DNA of 64,000 nt from Ostrea edulis (taxonomy: Eukaryota). This document shows positions 1-13,200 of the stretch, piece after piece. The stretch lies in contig NC_079173.1 of assembly GCF_947568905.1 (NCBI RefSeq), positions 7,874,001-7,938,000 on the forward strand, read 5' to 3'. The notes beneath the pieces were generated by a model. It saw nothing but the letters and a program-made list of their open reading frames with translations. It did no database searches and was not told the origin of the DNA. The position numbers and the translations under genes were made by a program. Numbering within the stretch: position 1 is the first letter of the stretch; each line of letters starts with the position of its first letter.

Positions 1-39
1 GAAACTTGCTGAAACCTCAAGTTTCCACATTGTTTCTGC

Positions 40-41
<2 letters not shown>

Positions 42-77
<36 letters not shown>
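42..77. repeat. (AT)n microsatellite (others at ~206-252 and ~10200-10243)
   Basis: Perfect AT dinucleotide run. Confidence 0.95.
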
Positions 78-79
<2 letters not shown>

Positions 80-80
<1 letters not shown>

Positions 81-180
81 AAGTCGTTGTGGCCGAGTGG
101 ACTTACGCACTGGTTTGACAATCTTGCTAGGCGTTGTGTGCCGTACGTCGCTGGTTCGACCCCGGGCTGGGGCGAAAATT
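80..180 (+). mobile_element. tRNA-derived SINE head
   Basis: Pol III A-box-like TGGCCGAGTGG and B-box-like GGTTCGACCCC; does not fold into a clean cloverleaf. Confidence 0.55.
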
Positions 181-208
181 TTCAGTACCCAGTTGTGATT
201 ATTTAGTG

Positions 209-255
<47 letters not shown>

Positions 256-320
256 GAACAAACATTTATTTTTTAATATACTGTGCTAGTGTTTGAAATT
301 CTTTATTATCCCCTGGGAAC

Positions 321-2994
321 GGGTGCGTCTTTTTATCACAAGGAACCACAAGGTACCACAAGGATACCACAAGGATACATCATTGACATCCCATTCAATC
401 TTAATGAATCTAGATATGGCTTATATGCATTTCTAGGTCATCTGAGTCACTCAGGTGATCTATTTCTATCTGTTTTGTCCAGCGTTGTGTCTTAAGGAGG
501 TATGCTACACCAGAGAAATTTNNNNNNNNNNNNNNNNNNNNNNNNNNNNNNNNNNNNNNNNNNNNNNNNNNNNNNNNNNNNNNNNNNNNNNNNNNNNNNN
601 NNNNNNNNNNNNNNNNNNNNNNNNNNNNNNNNNNNNNNNNNNNNNNNNNNNNNNNNNNNNNNNNNNNNNNNNNNNNNNNNNNNNNNNNNNNNNNNNNNNN
701 NNNNNNNNNNNNNNNNNNNNNATACAAGGAAGACTTCTTCAATCTGACATAAAACAGAATTTATATATAACAGTTTAATAAAAATGGAACATAGTATCAA
801 TGTGAACTATTTTTTGATAGGCGATTAAATCGGCTAATTAACATAATTTTCAGACATAAGAGGAGACAGCTGTTTACCCAGAATTCCTAGAGAAAAATAG
901 ACCATGTTTTCCCCGTCTATATGTGACAATGCGAATGAATACAGAAGCAATGCAAATCGTTTCCTACAGTCCAATTCTGTTTTTCTAAGATCGTGGAATA
1001 AAATGTTGGCAAACGACAAATAATTTTGATCTTGTTTACAAACCTAAACACTAATTCGCGATTCCTTTTGATGTGTGGACTTTGTTTCATATCGAAGGGA
1101 TAAAAATTGCGATTTCATAAATTCTTATTTAACTCGCTTATCGTAGAGGGTAAACATATGGATCCTATATCAATCTCAAAGTGAATTGTGACAGCTTTTA
1201 CGTTGCATTAGCATATGTGACAACAAATTTCTTATATTAAAAATCAAAGTGATTTCGCAAATGGTAGTGATTAAAACAGGGCGCCATTGAAGCTGGGGTC
1301 TGACATACGAGGCTGACTTACGTCACCTCGAAAAATTACTTTAAAAAATTGCAGATGATGTTATACATACCAGTTCATACTACCATTTTGGTTATTTTTT
1401 TTTAAAAGAAAAAGGTTAATATTTCATCAATTACAATAAACAAAAGAAGAAGAAAAAAAATGAGAGTAAACTGTATACGTAGTATGAAATTTTAATCAAT
1501 GTTGTTAAAAATTACAATTTTTTTAGGTTATTATTTTTTTCCAGGTTCATAATACTTGTAATTTCTTAATTCATCTAAATCTCATGTATTATTTTCAACT
1601 TTAAACCAGTACAAATTTTTTGATGTTGTGCAGTAGTTAAAAAGAAAATGCCTAAGTGAAAATTTTTTAGTTCGATAAAATGTGTTGAAAGCTCAAACTT
1701 TACATTTTCATCATTTCCTGAAATTGAAGGTTAAGTTTGTCTAACATAAAAGTATCAAGGAACTCTCAGAAAAATTGTGTTACAAACTGATAGTTTGCAT
1801 AGAAAGTCACATCTTTGTTCGATAAATATAATCTTAGCCAATTATTTATTACATTAATTCATATCCCAGATGTAAAATATGAAAAAAACTTTATCAATTT
1901 AAAAAGCAGTTTCCAGATAAGTGCTATTTAAATAAACTATTGTACCTCTTACTATCCCACTAGCACTGTTACAAAAAGTTCAAATTATTCATGATAGATT
2001 TGCTATTAATTTATTTAACATAATGATTTCAGAATGCTGTCATCATTTGTTTTGCAAATTAGGTTACAGTGCTACATTTGCTATATTGTATCCAAATATC
2101 AGACCAAATTATTATGTTAGGGATTAAAAATTAATATCTTTCATCAAAAGTTGACAAATAGAAAATATCTCTTTATCATTAGGTATGAAATGACATTTTT
2201 AAATGGTCATTGGCACACCTTCACTGAATCTGGGCAATAAGTACCTTTACAATTTAAAAAGGGTATATGGGGGGAGGGGCACTAGCCCTTAAGCAACAGT
2301 TTAATTTAAAGTTTTTTTCTTCGGTTAAAATGTAGGAAATAACTCATAATAGTTAATTTTTTATAGTCCATTGAATGATAGAAATAATTCTAATCTAATA
2401 TGCTATAATTTGGATCTATGTATTGGCTTCTATATGTATTGACAAGATATGGGAAATGGAGGAAATTCGGGTTAAAATTATGATCATAGCAATGTGGTGT
2501 TAGGAATGAATTAATCATGAAACACTTCTAAATTGGTTAAATTAAAGGAATCTGTGGATGCTTAGATCATTTGAAACCTCCACTAATCTTTTGAACTTAA
2601 TATATAATACATGTGGTCCTGAATCCAGAAGTTTTTCACCTACAGGATCCCCCATTTCACTGTTAAATGAACAATATGGTCCAGTGACTCTCACATACAC
2701 TGCATGAAGATACTTTACATACACTGCAGTATCAATAGGATACTTTGGTGTGTCATTAGGTCACATTAGGATGTTATTTGGGGTGTTAATAGGGTTCCTT
2801 GTGGTACCATGTGGTGTTAATGGAGTTACTTGGGGTGTCAATAAGGTTGTAAAGGGTGCCTTGGGTGTCATTAGGGTTCCATGGGGTATCTTAAGGTGAC
2901 ACTGGTGTCCCTTGAGGTACCCTGTGGTATCCTTGTGGTTCCTTGTGGTATCCTTGTGGTACCTTGTGGTTCCTTATGGTAAAAAGACGTGCCC
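321..2994. mobile_element. Non-autonomous Mutator/Foldback-like DNA transposon
   Basis: Terminal inverted repeats GGGTGCGTCTTTTTATCACAAGGAACCACAAGG / CCTTGTGGTTCCTTATGGTAAAAAGACGTGCCC built from 10-11-bp subterminal units; flanked by a 9-bp TSD, CCTGGGAAC (312-320) / CTTGGGAAC (2995-3003). Confidence 0.75.
522..721. other. Assembly gap (200 N)
   Basis: Run of N. Confidence 1.
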
Positions 2995-3615
2995 CTTGGG
3001 AACTTGTCCTTGTGTAATAACTTGCGACTGTGGAAATATTATGAACACTGGGTCATTCAAAGAGAACCATGGGTTTTACAGTTTCATTGGAATTTTGTGG
3101 ATATGATCTTTGTACGTTCGAACATTTGATTTATCACATGTTTACTCCTTTATCCAGTGGATATCAACAATTGCATAAATTATAATTATTACACTATGTT
3201 TTCCTACGCTGTTTGTGACGTCACTAACAAACGTCAATATCACTTAGTTTGTTTACAAAATACCAGGAAGTAAAATTCCCAACAATACGGTAACGCTTAT
3301 TTAAATGAATAACTGGAGAGGGTTAACATGTGATAAAAAGAATCTCCCATGGTTTGCTTTATAATTAACTTGTATGTTTTCTATTCCCTCCCCAAGGCTC
3401 GGGATAGAAAACACACAACTCGTTGAATAAAAATCATATCAAACCACGAACCATGGGATATCCTATATTTATAAATTGTGCATTTTGTTGTGGTTTGAAA
3501 CTGGTAGGATAGGGGTATATGTACCCTTAAAATCTTCAACAATTTAGCCTCCATGAAATCTAATGATTGTCCAGTATGCATATATTTTGATCAAGAAAAT
3601 AATTTGTTTTTTCAG

Positions 3616-5027
3616 GTGAAGCAGATTATAATAATCTCAACATCAATCCAAGCGGAGATCAGAATGCGGAGGGTTTCATAACTGTAAATCTAGGCCCATC
3701 CTCCAGAAATGATTCCTCGAGTAACCTACAGAACAATGAGAACATTTTGTCAGGCAGTCCATCTCTAAATCAGAGTTCCTCACCAGAGTCTGGCTCTGAG
3801 AAATCCTCAACATCTAAGTCACCGAAGTTAGAAGAGGAAAAATCGCTGAAATCGACCTCTGGAGGTGTCACATTGTCCGGGAATTTTTCTTCCGATAGAG
3901 GAATTTCTGCCCAGAAAGAGGAGCAGGTACCACCCCCAATCACGCTGTCAGGAGAACCAGCGAGCGATGGGGTTAATTTTGTTATAGCAGAGTCTCAGAG
4001 AGAAATTGCCCAGGAAAATGAGAGGAAAAATAAGATCCATGACACATCTATGACAAATATAAAGGCAGACATTACCAGCCAAGAAACAGAATCTTTTCAT
4101 CAAACATCCCCAAAGTCTAGTTTTTTAGATGACAATTTAAATGACCCACAAGATTTCTTTAAAGAAAATATGACATCAAGCACAAAGAACATCGGTGGAC
4201 ACAATACAAAGATTAACGCTAAGCATGTCCCAGACGGAGCGACTTCAAATCTCGATGTCAACTCAGTCATATCAGAAAGTAAAGCTGAAACCAGTTCAGA
4301 AGTAATGTCTCCCCCAAGGCAAATCCAGTCAAGGGGACCAATAGCTCAGAATGAGGAAATAGATCCAAATGAGGAGGGGTCCAACATCATGAAAGCAGCA
4401 AAGGATTTAAGAAAGGGACTAGAGGATGATAGTCTTGGAGAGATATCAAATATTCCGAGGCCCTCTGGGAATTCTATAAATATCCCAGTTCAAACAACAG
4501 GCAGTACAGAGGAAGGAAGTCCCATGGCTGCTCCCGAGTCCACAGCCAGCTCCAGATTGGATTTATTTGGATCATGTCCTCAAACATCCATGCCTGCTGA
4601 ACAACAAAATATCGGCATGGAAAGACAGTTGGAGCAAACCATTGCAGTTCCTGTGCCAGTCAGTGACGACTCCGAAGTGAAGAATATAGAGATGGAGGCC
4701 AGAGCACTTCACAATGATACACTGAACACGCCAGTCACACAGAGCTTTAGAGACATTCAAAACAGCATGCCTGATGAAAACGTAAATGTAACCGAGGGTA
4801 GGGTAAGCTCCATAGTGAACCAGTATGCCTACAATGCAGAAGTGACCTCTCAAGGTCAATCTAGTAACACAAATTTATCTGAGACACAGAATTCTCTTCA
4901 AGAAATGTCTGGTTCAGAGAATTTATCAAATGGATTGAGTAATGTTGCTTTACTATCTGACAGTCTTTTAAGCAACACTGAGGCCACTATCTGTAGCAAT
5001 GAGAAAACTCCTTCAGATGACCATTAA
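3616..5027 (+). CDS. Duplicated terminal exon (Ser/Glu/Asn-rich, low complexity) of the CARD/death-fold gene; no upstream exons in the window
   Basis: Acceptor ttttttcag|GTGAAGCAG at 3616, open to TAA at 5027; near-identical to 13494-14908 on the minus strand. Confidence 0.7.
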
Positions 5028-5900
5028 TTCGGACACCGCATCATGTACCTTAGTACATCAACACCAAAAGTACTTCATTGTCTTTCAAACCCTCAAACAT
5101 AATTTGCATCAAATGCAAAACCGTGCTGTAAACATAAGACCTAGGACCAAGTTTCATGAAAGCTTTACAGAGCAAAATAGTACTCTCTGTCCTTTCATCT
5201 GTCTGTCCTTTTCTCAAAACTCACATAGATTGACTGCATAAAAAACTTCTTACAGAACCCACAAACATCAACACCCCCCCCCCCCCATGAAGAATGATGA
5301 TTCCTCAGTTATACATTATAGGTTTGTACTTGGAGCTGAAATGTGATAGAATTTGTTGTGGATAGATTACAAAGAATCAAATGTTATTGTTCCTAAGGAA
5401 CTCTTTATAAGTATTTAATTCGCACTGAAATTTAAATGTTTTTATATGATCAAACACTGAAATTTAAATGTATTTATGTTTTGAAACACTTAAGTAGGCA
5501 TTCATTATGCAGTGTAGAAATTATGTACATATCAAGCTTTGAAATTGTAATTTGTTTTACATACAAATATATAAATTCATTTTTTTTCATTTGGATACAT
5601 GATTAATTCCATACTGGGTATGTAGATCCCATGTTTCATTTGGATATGAGTTTGAAATCTGTAAGTACATAATATAGATCCCATGCTACATTTAGATGTC
5701 AGATTTGTAGAAAGGTTGCTTTGATGTAAATTATACATTTATAAATACAGGGTGTCTTGTGGAAAACAGATTGAAATGAGAATGGAAAAACCCTTTAACG
5801 CTCAGTTACGTGTATGAGAAGAAATGTGACTGATTGAATTCTACAAGAAAACTCCCATATTTAATTTTCTTTTTGCTTTTTGATCATCTTATCTTATTAA

Positions 5901-6223
5901 GGAGGTACATGTGTATGCTACACCAGAGAAATTTGATATGGATGAAAAGTGCAGGATATATACAACAATATTGTGAAATTGAAAACTTTCAAATTTACTT
6001 TATTTAGTCAAAAAATGTAATTTTAGAAGGAAGTAATATGAAAAAAAATTTAAAACCCCTGCCGGACTCTAACCCGCGATCTACAGTTCAGTAGTTGACG
6101 TGCTAACCTATTAACTCATATAGGTGATAAATTTTTAAATGAATAGGTAAATATTGCTGATATTTATATTTTTATTCATGTTTTAAAAGAAAGTTGGCCA
6201 TTATGAGGTTGAAGAGTACCTCC
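5901..6223. mobile_element. TTAA-flanked MITE (Kolobok/piggyBac-type target site); palindrome copy at 12191-12520; related fragment at 496-521
   Basis: TIR GGAGGTAC...GTACCTCC/T; TTAA on both sides of the 12191-12520 copy. Confidence 0.7.
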
Positions 6224-6769
6224 TAATGTGATTTTCTAGTCCTGTTTTGCTAGTCTTAAGATTTAACTAATTTTCTGTTCTGTTTCATGCAAAAGACTTT
6301 TGTTTTTAGATTATTCATTAGCTTCTATTTATAGATATTTAATTAGACAAAATGTCTTGATGTATGAAAAGGATGAGAAAATTATGAGCTGATGTAAAGC
6401 TTACAAATCCTCCAAGCTACAGATTAGAGTGAATGCTATAAATGTGGAACAGGTTTAGAAATAAACCATGTGGTTGTTCATTTTTACTGCTATGTATAAT
6501 TAATTTATATTAATGATGTGTAATTCATGTGTTAATGAATTGTTATTTGTTCTGCTGTTATTGTATTGCACGTATTTCTATGTACTGAACCAAGATTTAA
6601 GTCAATGTAATAAATATCTCTTTCAGCAAATTGCAGTGAGAGAAGTGTGAAATGCAGATTTCCTAATTAATAATACCTGTATATATGTATTTTGGTGAAT
6701 CTAAGGATAAACTTGGTGCTTTTTTATTCAATACAATATTAAAATGATGATTGATTGTATCTTGCTTAA

Positions 6770-7088
6770 CGTCCCTCTTGAGAATTTTTTCACTCATATG
6801 GAGATGTCACCAATGCCAGTGAAGGGCTTCAAATTTAGTCCTATGCTTGGCGCTTATGGTCATTGAGCAGTGAAGGTTCTTTAGCATTGCTACACCTACT
6901 GCGACACGGAACATCCGTTTTTAAAGGTCATCTCCGAAGACCCGTGACATTCACTCCTGATACCGAGCGTTTGGCCATGGAACTGTCACTACCTGTTTTA
7001 ACGACTTAGTTCTGTTGCGGCCGGGATTCAAACCCCGACCTTCCTCACGCAGGACGAACGTTCTAACTCTAGACCACCGCGGCGGTTC
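6770..7088 (-). mobile_element. tRNA-derived SINE (copies at ~11300-11640 +, ~52443-52757 -, partial ~60455-60655 -)
   Basis: On the minus strand, A-box TGGTCTAGAGTTAGA and B-box GGTTTGAATCCC lead into a ~250-bp body shared by the copies, ending in a simple-repeat tail. Confidence 0.75.
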
Positions 7089-7257
7089 CATATTAAAATG
7101 AATTGACCAGTAGGATTAATTATACGTATGACAGCGATGAACATTTTCCTTTGCTTCTTACAGCTGTATATGATTGTGCATTGAATTCGTGGACAATAAC
7201 ATGAATCTTGATGCGAGTAATGTTTAGGTCATCTTAGTCACTAAGGTGGGTAGTTAA

Positions 7258-7710
7258 AGGGGCATGGACACGATTTGAGCTGAAAATTTTCAAATTTTAT
7301 TTTTCCATATTTATTGTTTACATGATTAACTAAAGTATTTGTAATGGTCAACCAAAATTTGTAAATCAGTTGAGTTATAAGTGAGATACAGCACTCGCAG
7401 TTCTTTGTTATGTAAACAAGGCTCGTAACGTGTCATGTGTTTGTTTACATTTATATTGCTTAATTAAAAAAAATGCCATGTTTAAAACAAAATGAGAATT
7501 GCCAAATACTAGAAATTATTTCACTGTGTTCAGAGGTAAGTTGTAAGTTGAAAAAATCTGCTCTAAATGAAACTTTTACTAGTATATTTAACCTATGTTT
7601 ACAAACAAAAACATGGCATGAGCCATTTTGAATTTTGAGCTCAGTATCTCCCATGTACATTCTACCTCGACAACTGACCTTCAAATTTTTCCTGACCATT
7701 AGAAATACCT
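7258..7710. mobile_element. ~450-bp TTAA-associated element (Kolobok-like, possibly a solo KolobokP-type LTDR); palindrome copy at 10675-11130
   Basis: Starts TTAA|AGGGGCATGG and ends ...ATACCT|TAG; only the AGG/CCT termini match, so the family call is weak. Confidence 0.4.
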
Positions 7711-8767
7711 TAGTTTAGCATTCTAATGTTCTAATGTGGTTCAGTGTTGCAAAACTGTATTAGGACAAATTTAATCTGAAAACAATTGCAACATATCGCA
7801 TAATGATGATGTTTCCATCTGAAACAGGAAAAAATTCTTCCATTGATTTTAGCCGAATTTCCTTTGACATATAACTAGTGATTTATATTACATCATGAAT
7901 TTTCATTGACAAGCAAAGCATATTGACACTTGGTGAATGCTTTGTACACATATGTACATTCTGTCCAACTGTCTCACCATAAAAATTTCACATGTTTAGT
8001 GACATGTGAAATTTCTGTGGTGAGAGCATATACATTTGTATATAAATTTCTCTGTAAGTTAACTTTGGGTCCTGTCATAATATAAATTTTCCACATTTAT
8101 TTATCATTGAAATTATTTTATTCCTACATTGGCCTATAATTGGGGTCAAAGCTTTAAAAAATTATTCAGTCTTTCATAATCTTTTTTACTTGTTAACATC
8201 TAACAAACAAATTTGGGAACTTCATAGTCCTAGCCGGGTAGGGGTTTATTCTTCGAATTCGCATAGTGAAATGCATTATTTATCTCTTTTGAAATTGTCA
8301 TATTTTGGGCTACATGGAGTATGGATATAGGCGGTAAATCTAGTCAAACTCTGTACAGTGTCAATTCACCGGGACTACTTTCCCCTAATGACACTGCCAC
8401 AGGCTTTCCAAACTTCTGCAGAAAAACGCAAGTTACTATACGCGTGTGATTAGGTTTTCTAAAATACCGGATAGGGTATTCATGTAGGGTCGGTTTAATC
8501 TTGAATCAATAAAAATAAATTCTTTAACACTTTGTGTAACGTTTAGACTGATGTAAAATTGACGCTACTGGCCTTGACATTGGACTACAGTGTATAATTT
8601 TGAGCGGAGCGTCAAGGACGTAGTGATGGAGATGCCGAGGCGTCTGTGGAAACAGGAGGAAGATTTTATCGTATCAGGGCCACACCCTTGCGTATTGTTT
8701 TCATATTTTAGAGAGAATCCAGCCATTAGAGAGAGACAGATATACCGGGAAATTCTCTACAGATGGA

Positions 8768-9292
8768 TGCAAGGTGAAGATAACGAACAGTGATCAATCT
8801 CATAACTCCTACAAGCAATACAAAATAGATAGTTGGGCAAACACGGACCCCTGGACACACCAGAGGTGGGATCAGGTGCCTAGGAGGAGTAAGCATCTCC
8901 TGTTGACCGGTCACACCCGCCGTGAGCCCCATATCCTGATCAGGTAAACGGAGTTATCCGCAGTCAAAATCAGTGTGCCAAGAACGGCTTAACAATCGGT
9001 ATGAAACACGTCAGACAGTATTTGACCCAATGCGAGGTTGTATTGACGAACTAGATCGTTATAACGACCATAGAATTTGCTAAATGCTGACTTCAATCGA
9101 GACTGTTGAAATCCCTGTACCATCAACTTGTTTGTCAGTAGCTTACCTCGATTTAAAAACTGACTATACCCAGAACAAGCTCTTGCATATCGAATCAGTT
9201 GAGATATATAAACACCATATGCAGGTGATAATGGAATATTGCTACATAAATGTACATAAATAAGTTGTCCAGAAAGAGCGAAAACATTCAAA
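8768..9292 (-). mobile_element. 3' fragment of a Penelope-like retroelement (RT thumb + 3' UTR)
   Basis: Translates to LCSNIPLSPAYGVYISQLIRYARACS...KLMVQGFQQSRLKSAF; shares its 3' end (TTCGTTATCTTCACCTTGCAT) with the other copies. Confidence 0.75.
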
Positions 9293-10116
9293 CAACTCAG
9301 AGATCTCACGATGTTGCACGAGTCTAATCGTATCTTTTGAAAAGTCCGTAGTACCATAGGCCTAGAGAATGATGCATGTTGATAATGCATAATTAAGCCC
9401 CATGGCATGATGCCAATCATCTCGCTCAGGTACATGCAAGTTTATTACTCATCTGGGGAATGATATATGCAAAGTGCTTGGGAAATAACTCTATCAATCA
9501 CTATATCGCATTACTTTGGTTATAGGTAGATCAAATTTATATCAATAAATCTGTTGATCTATGCAAACATGTCTTTCTTTCTTTTTTTTTTTATGGGAAA
9601 TGCCTCCTCTCCCACCCCTCCCCCAAATGATAATAACAAGAGTAAGATGATGAAATTGGGGAGGTGCACTTTCAAAAATTATTATTCAAATAAATAATAA
9701 TTGTGTCATGCTTTCCCCCAGTTTCATGCCGTTGAATATGTTGAACATATCTGGTATAAGATTTTTAAAAGTGAGTGTATCAATGACCATGATATGGTCT
9801 GGATTAAATTATACATATACCTGTACACCATACTAGATTCACACCTTGTGTTTACACGCCAATATAGATAATTAGTGGCTCAAGAAAATCCAAACAAAGT
9901 CATATGCAGTGTAATTTAAATCACATATCTAATACATATCAGTTCAAAAACTGATTTAATTTTAATCAAATTAACAATCCAGTATCAAATTAAGATCAAA
10001 TGTAAGTGTCAGAGGTATAAGGTTTTGGACTTTGTCAATGTACATCATTATGCTTCTCTGGGAACCCAAATTGGTTGAATAAATATTCTATTCTATTCTA
10101 TAAGGCCTATGATAGG

Positions 10117-10195
10117 ATGTAGGAATAAAATAATTTCAATGATAAATAAATGTGGAAATTTATATTACGACAGGACCCAAAGTTAACATACAGAG

Positions 10196-10246
<51 letters not shown>

Positions 10247-13200
10247 AAATTGTGTTTTTAAAAAAAATCACAGTGTCACTAAGGTGGGTAGTTAAAGGGG
10301 CATGGACACGATTTGAGCTGAAAATTTTCAAATTTTATTTTTTTTAATTTTAGTATATATATATACTCTCACCACAGAGATTTCACATGTCACTAAACAT
10401 GTGAAATTTCTATAGTGAGACAGTTGGACAGAATGTACATATGTGTACAAAGCATTCACCAAGTGTCCATATGCTTTGCTGGTCAATGAAAATTCATGAT
10501 GTAATATAAATCACTAGTTCTATGCCAAGGGAAATTCGGCTAAAATCAATGGAAGAATTTTTTTCCTGTCTCAGATGGAAACATCATCATTATGCGATAT
10601 GTTGCAATTGTTTTCAGATTAAATTTGTCCTAATACAGTTTTGCAACACTGAACCACATTAGAATGCTAAACTAAGGTATTTCTAATAGTCAGGAAAAAT
10701 TTGAAAGTCAGTTGTCGAGGTACAATGTACATGGGAGATACTGAGCTCAAAATTCAAAATGGTTCATGCCATGTTTTTGTTTGTAAACATAGGTTAAATA
10801 TACTAGCAAAAGTTTCATTTAGAGCAGATTTTTTCAACTTACAACTTACCTCTGAACACAGTTAAATAATTTCTACTGTTTGGCAATTCTCATTTTGTTT
10901 TAAACTTGGTATTTTTTTTTTATTATTAGCAATATATATGTAAACAAACACATGGCACGTTACGAGCCTTGTTTACATAACAAAGAACTGCGAGTGCTGT
11001 ATCTCACTTATAACTCAACTGATTTACAAAATTTGGTTGACCATTACAAATACTTTAGTTAATCATGTAAACAATAAATATGGAAAAATAAAATTTGAAA
11101 ATTTTCAGCTCAAATCGTGTCCATGCCCCTTTAACTACCCACCTTAGTGACTCATATGACCTAAAACATTACTCGCATCAAGATTCATGTTATTATCCAA
11201 GAATTCAATGCACAATCATATACAGCTGTAAGAAGCAAAGGAAAATGTTCATTGCTGTCATACGTATAATTAATCCTACTGGTCCATTCATTTTAATATG
11301 GAACCGCCGCGGTGGTCTAGAGTTAGAACGTTCGTCCTGCGTGAGGAAGGTCGGGGTTTGAATCCCGGCCGCAACAGACCTAAGTCGTTAAAATAGGTAG
11401 TGACAGTTCCATGGCCAAACGCTCGGCATCAGGTGTGAATGTCACGGGTCCTCGGAGATGACCTTAAAAACGGATGTCCCGTGTCACAGTAAGTGTGGCA
11501 ATATTAAAGAACCTTCACTGCTCAATGACCGTAAGCAACAAGCATATATAGGACTAAATTTGAACCCCTTCTCTGGTATTGGTGACATCTCCATATGAGT
11601 GAAAAAATTCTCGAGAGGGACGTTAAACAAGATAAAATCAATCAATCATTTTAATATGGTATTGAATGAAAAAGCACCAGGTTTATCCTTAGATTCACCA
11701 AAATACATATATACAGGTATTATTAATTAGGAAATATAAATAATTTGCATTTCACACTTTTCTCACTGCAATTTGCTGAAAGAGATATTTATTACATTGA
11801 CTTATATCTTGGTTCAGTACATAGAAATACAAATGTACGTGCAATACAATAACAGCAGAACAAAAAGTAACAATTCATTAACACATAAATTACACATCAT
11901 TAATATAAATTAATTATACATAGCAGTAAAAATGAACAACCACATGGTTTATTTCTAAAGCTGTTCCACATTTATGGTATTCACTCTAATCTGTAGCTTG
12001 GAGGATTTGTAAGATTTACATCAGCTCAGAATTCTCTCATCCTTTTCATACATCAAGACATTTTGTCTAAATAAATAACTATAAATAGAAGCTAATGAAT
12101 AATCTAAAAACAAAAGTCTTTTGCATGAATCAGAACAGAAAATTAGTTAAATCTTAAGACTAGCAAAACAGGACTGAAAAATCACTTTAAGGAGGTACTC
12201 TACAACCTCATAATGGCCAACTTTCTTTTAAAACATGAATGAAAATATAAATATCAGCAATATTTACCTATTCATTTAAAAATTTATCACCTATATGAGT
12301 AGCTCAGTAGGTTAGCACGTCGACTACTGAACTGTAGATCCCGGATTCAAATCCAGCAGGGGTTTTAAAAAATTTTCATATTGCTTCCTTTTAAAACTAC
12401 ATTTTTTGACTATAAATAAAGCAAATTTGAAAGTTTTCAATTTCAAAATATTGTTGTATATATATCGTGCACTTTTCATCCATATCAAATTTCTCTGTTG
12501 TAGCATACACATGTACCTCTTTAATAAGATAAGATGATCAAAAAGCAAAAAGAAAATTAAAAATGGGAGTTTTCTTGTAGAATTCAACCACAGTCAAATT
12601 TTTTCTCGTACACGTAACTGAGCGTTAAAGGGTTTTTCCATTCTCATTTCAATCTGTTTTCCACAAGACACCCTGTACTTATACATGTATAATTTACATC
12701 AAAGCAACCTTTACACAAATCTGACATCTAAATGTAGCATGGGATCTATATTATGTACATACAGATTTCAAATTTATATCCAAATGAAACATGGGATCTA
12801 CATACCCAGTATGGAATTAATCATGTATCCAAATGAAAAAAATAAATTTACATATTTGTATGTAAAAAAAATTACAATTTCAAGGCTTGATATGTACACA
12901 ATTTCTACACTGCACAATGAATGCCTACTTAAGTGTGTATATAATTTCTACACTGCACAATGAATGCCTACTTAAGTGTGTATATAATTTCTACACTGCA
13001 CAATGAATGCCTACTTAAGTGTTTGATAACATACATATAAATTTCAGTATTTGATCATATAAAAACATTTAAATTTCAGTGCGAATTAAAGTATTAAATA
13101 CTTATAAAGAGTTGCTTAGGAACAATTTCATTTGATTCCTTGTACTCTATCCACAACAAATTATATCACATTTCAGCTCCAAGTACGAACCTATAATATA

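Larger units (their letters stand above)
3134..8130 (+). repeat. Left arm of ~12-kb inverted segmental duplication
   Basis: Reverse complement of ~10117-15254 along its length, including the exon, 3' region and shared TE insertions, with scattered substitutions and indels. Confidence 0.92.

Noticed and set aside
6-206. ORF with YIYIYI runs (also 10107-10347)
   Set aside because: Translation of (AT)n microsatellites.
410-800. ORFs containing X runs
   Set aside because: Artefacts of reading through the N gap.
4572-4859. 95-aa antisense ORF (and its copy at 13662-13949)
   Set aside because: Antisense shadow of the Ser-rich exon; conserved only because the arm is duplicated.
8590-8793. ORF resembling a death-domain C-terminus (QIYREILYRWMQG)
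   Set aside because: Its end comes from the Penelope-like 3' terminus, and the frame is not kept in the homolog at 32807-33190.
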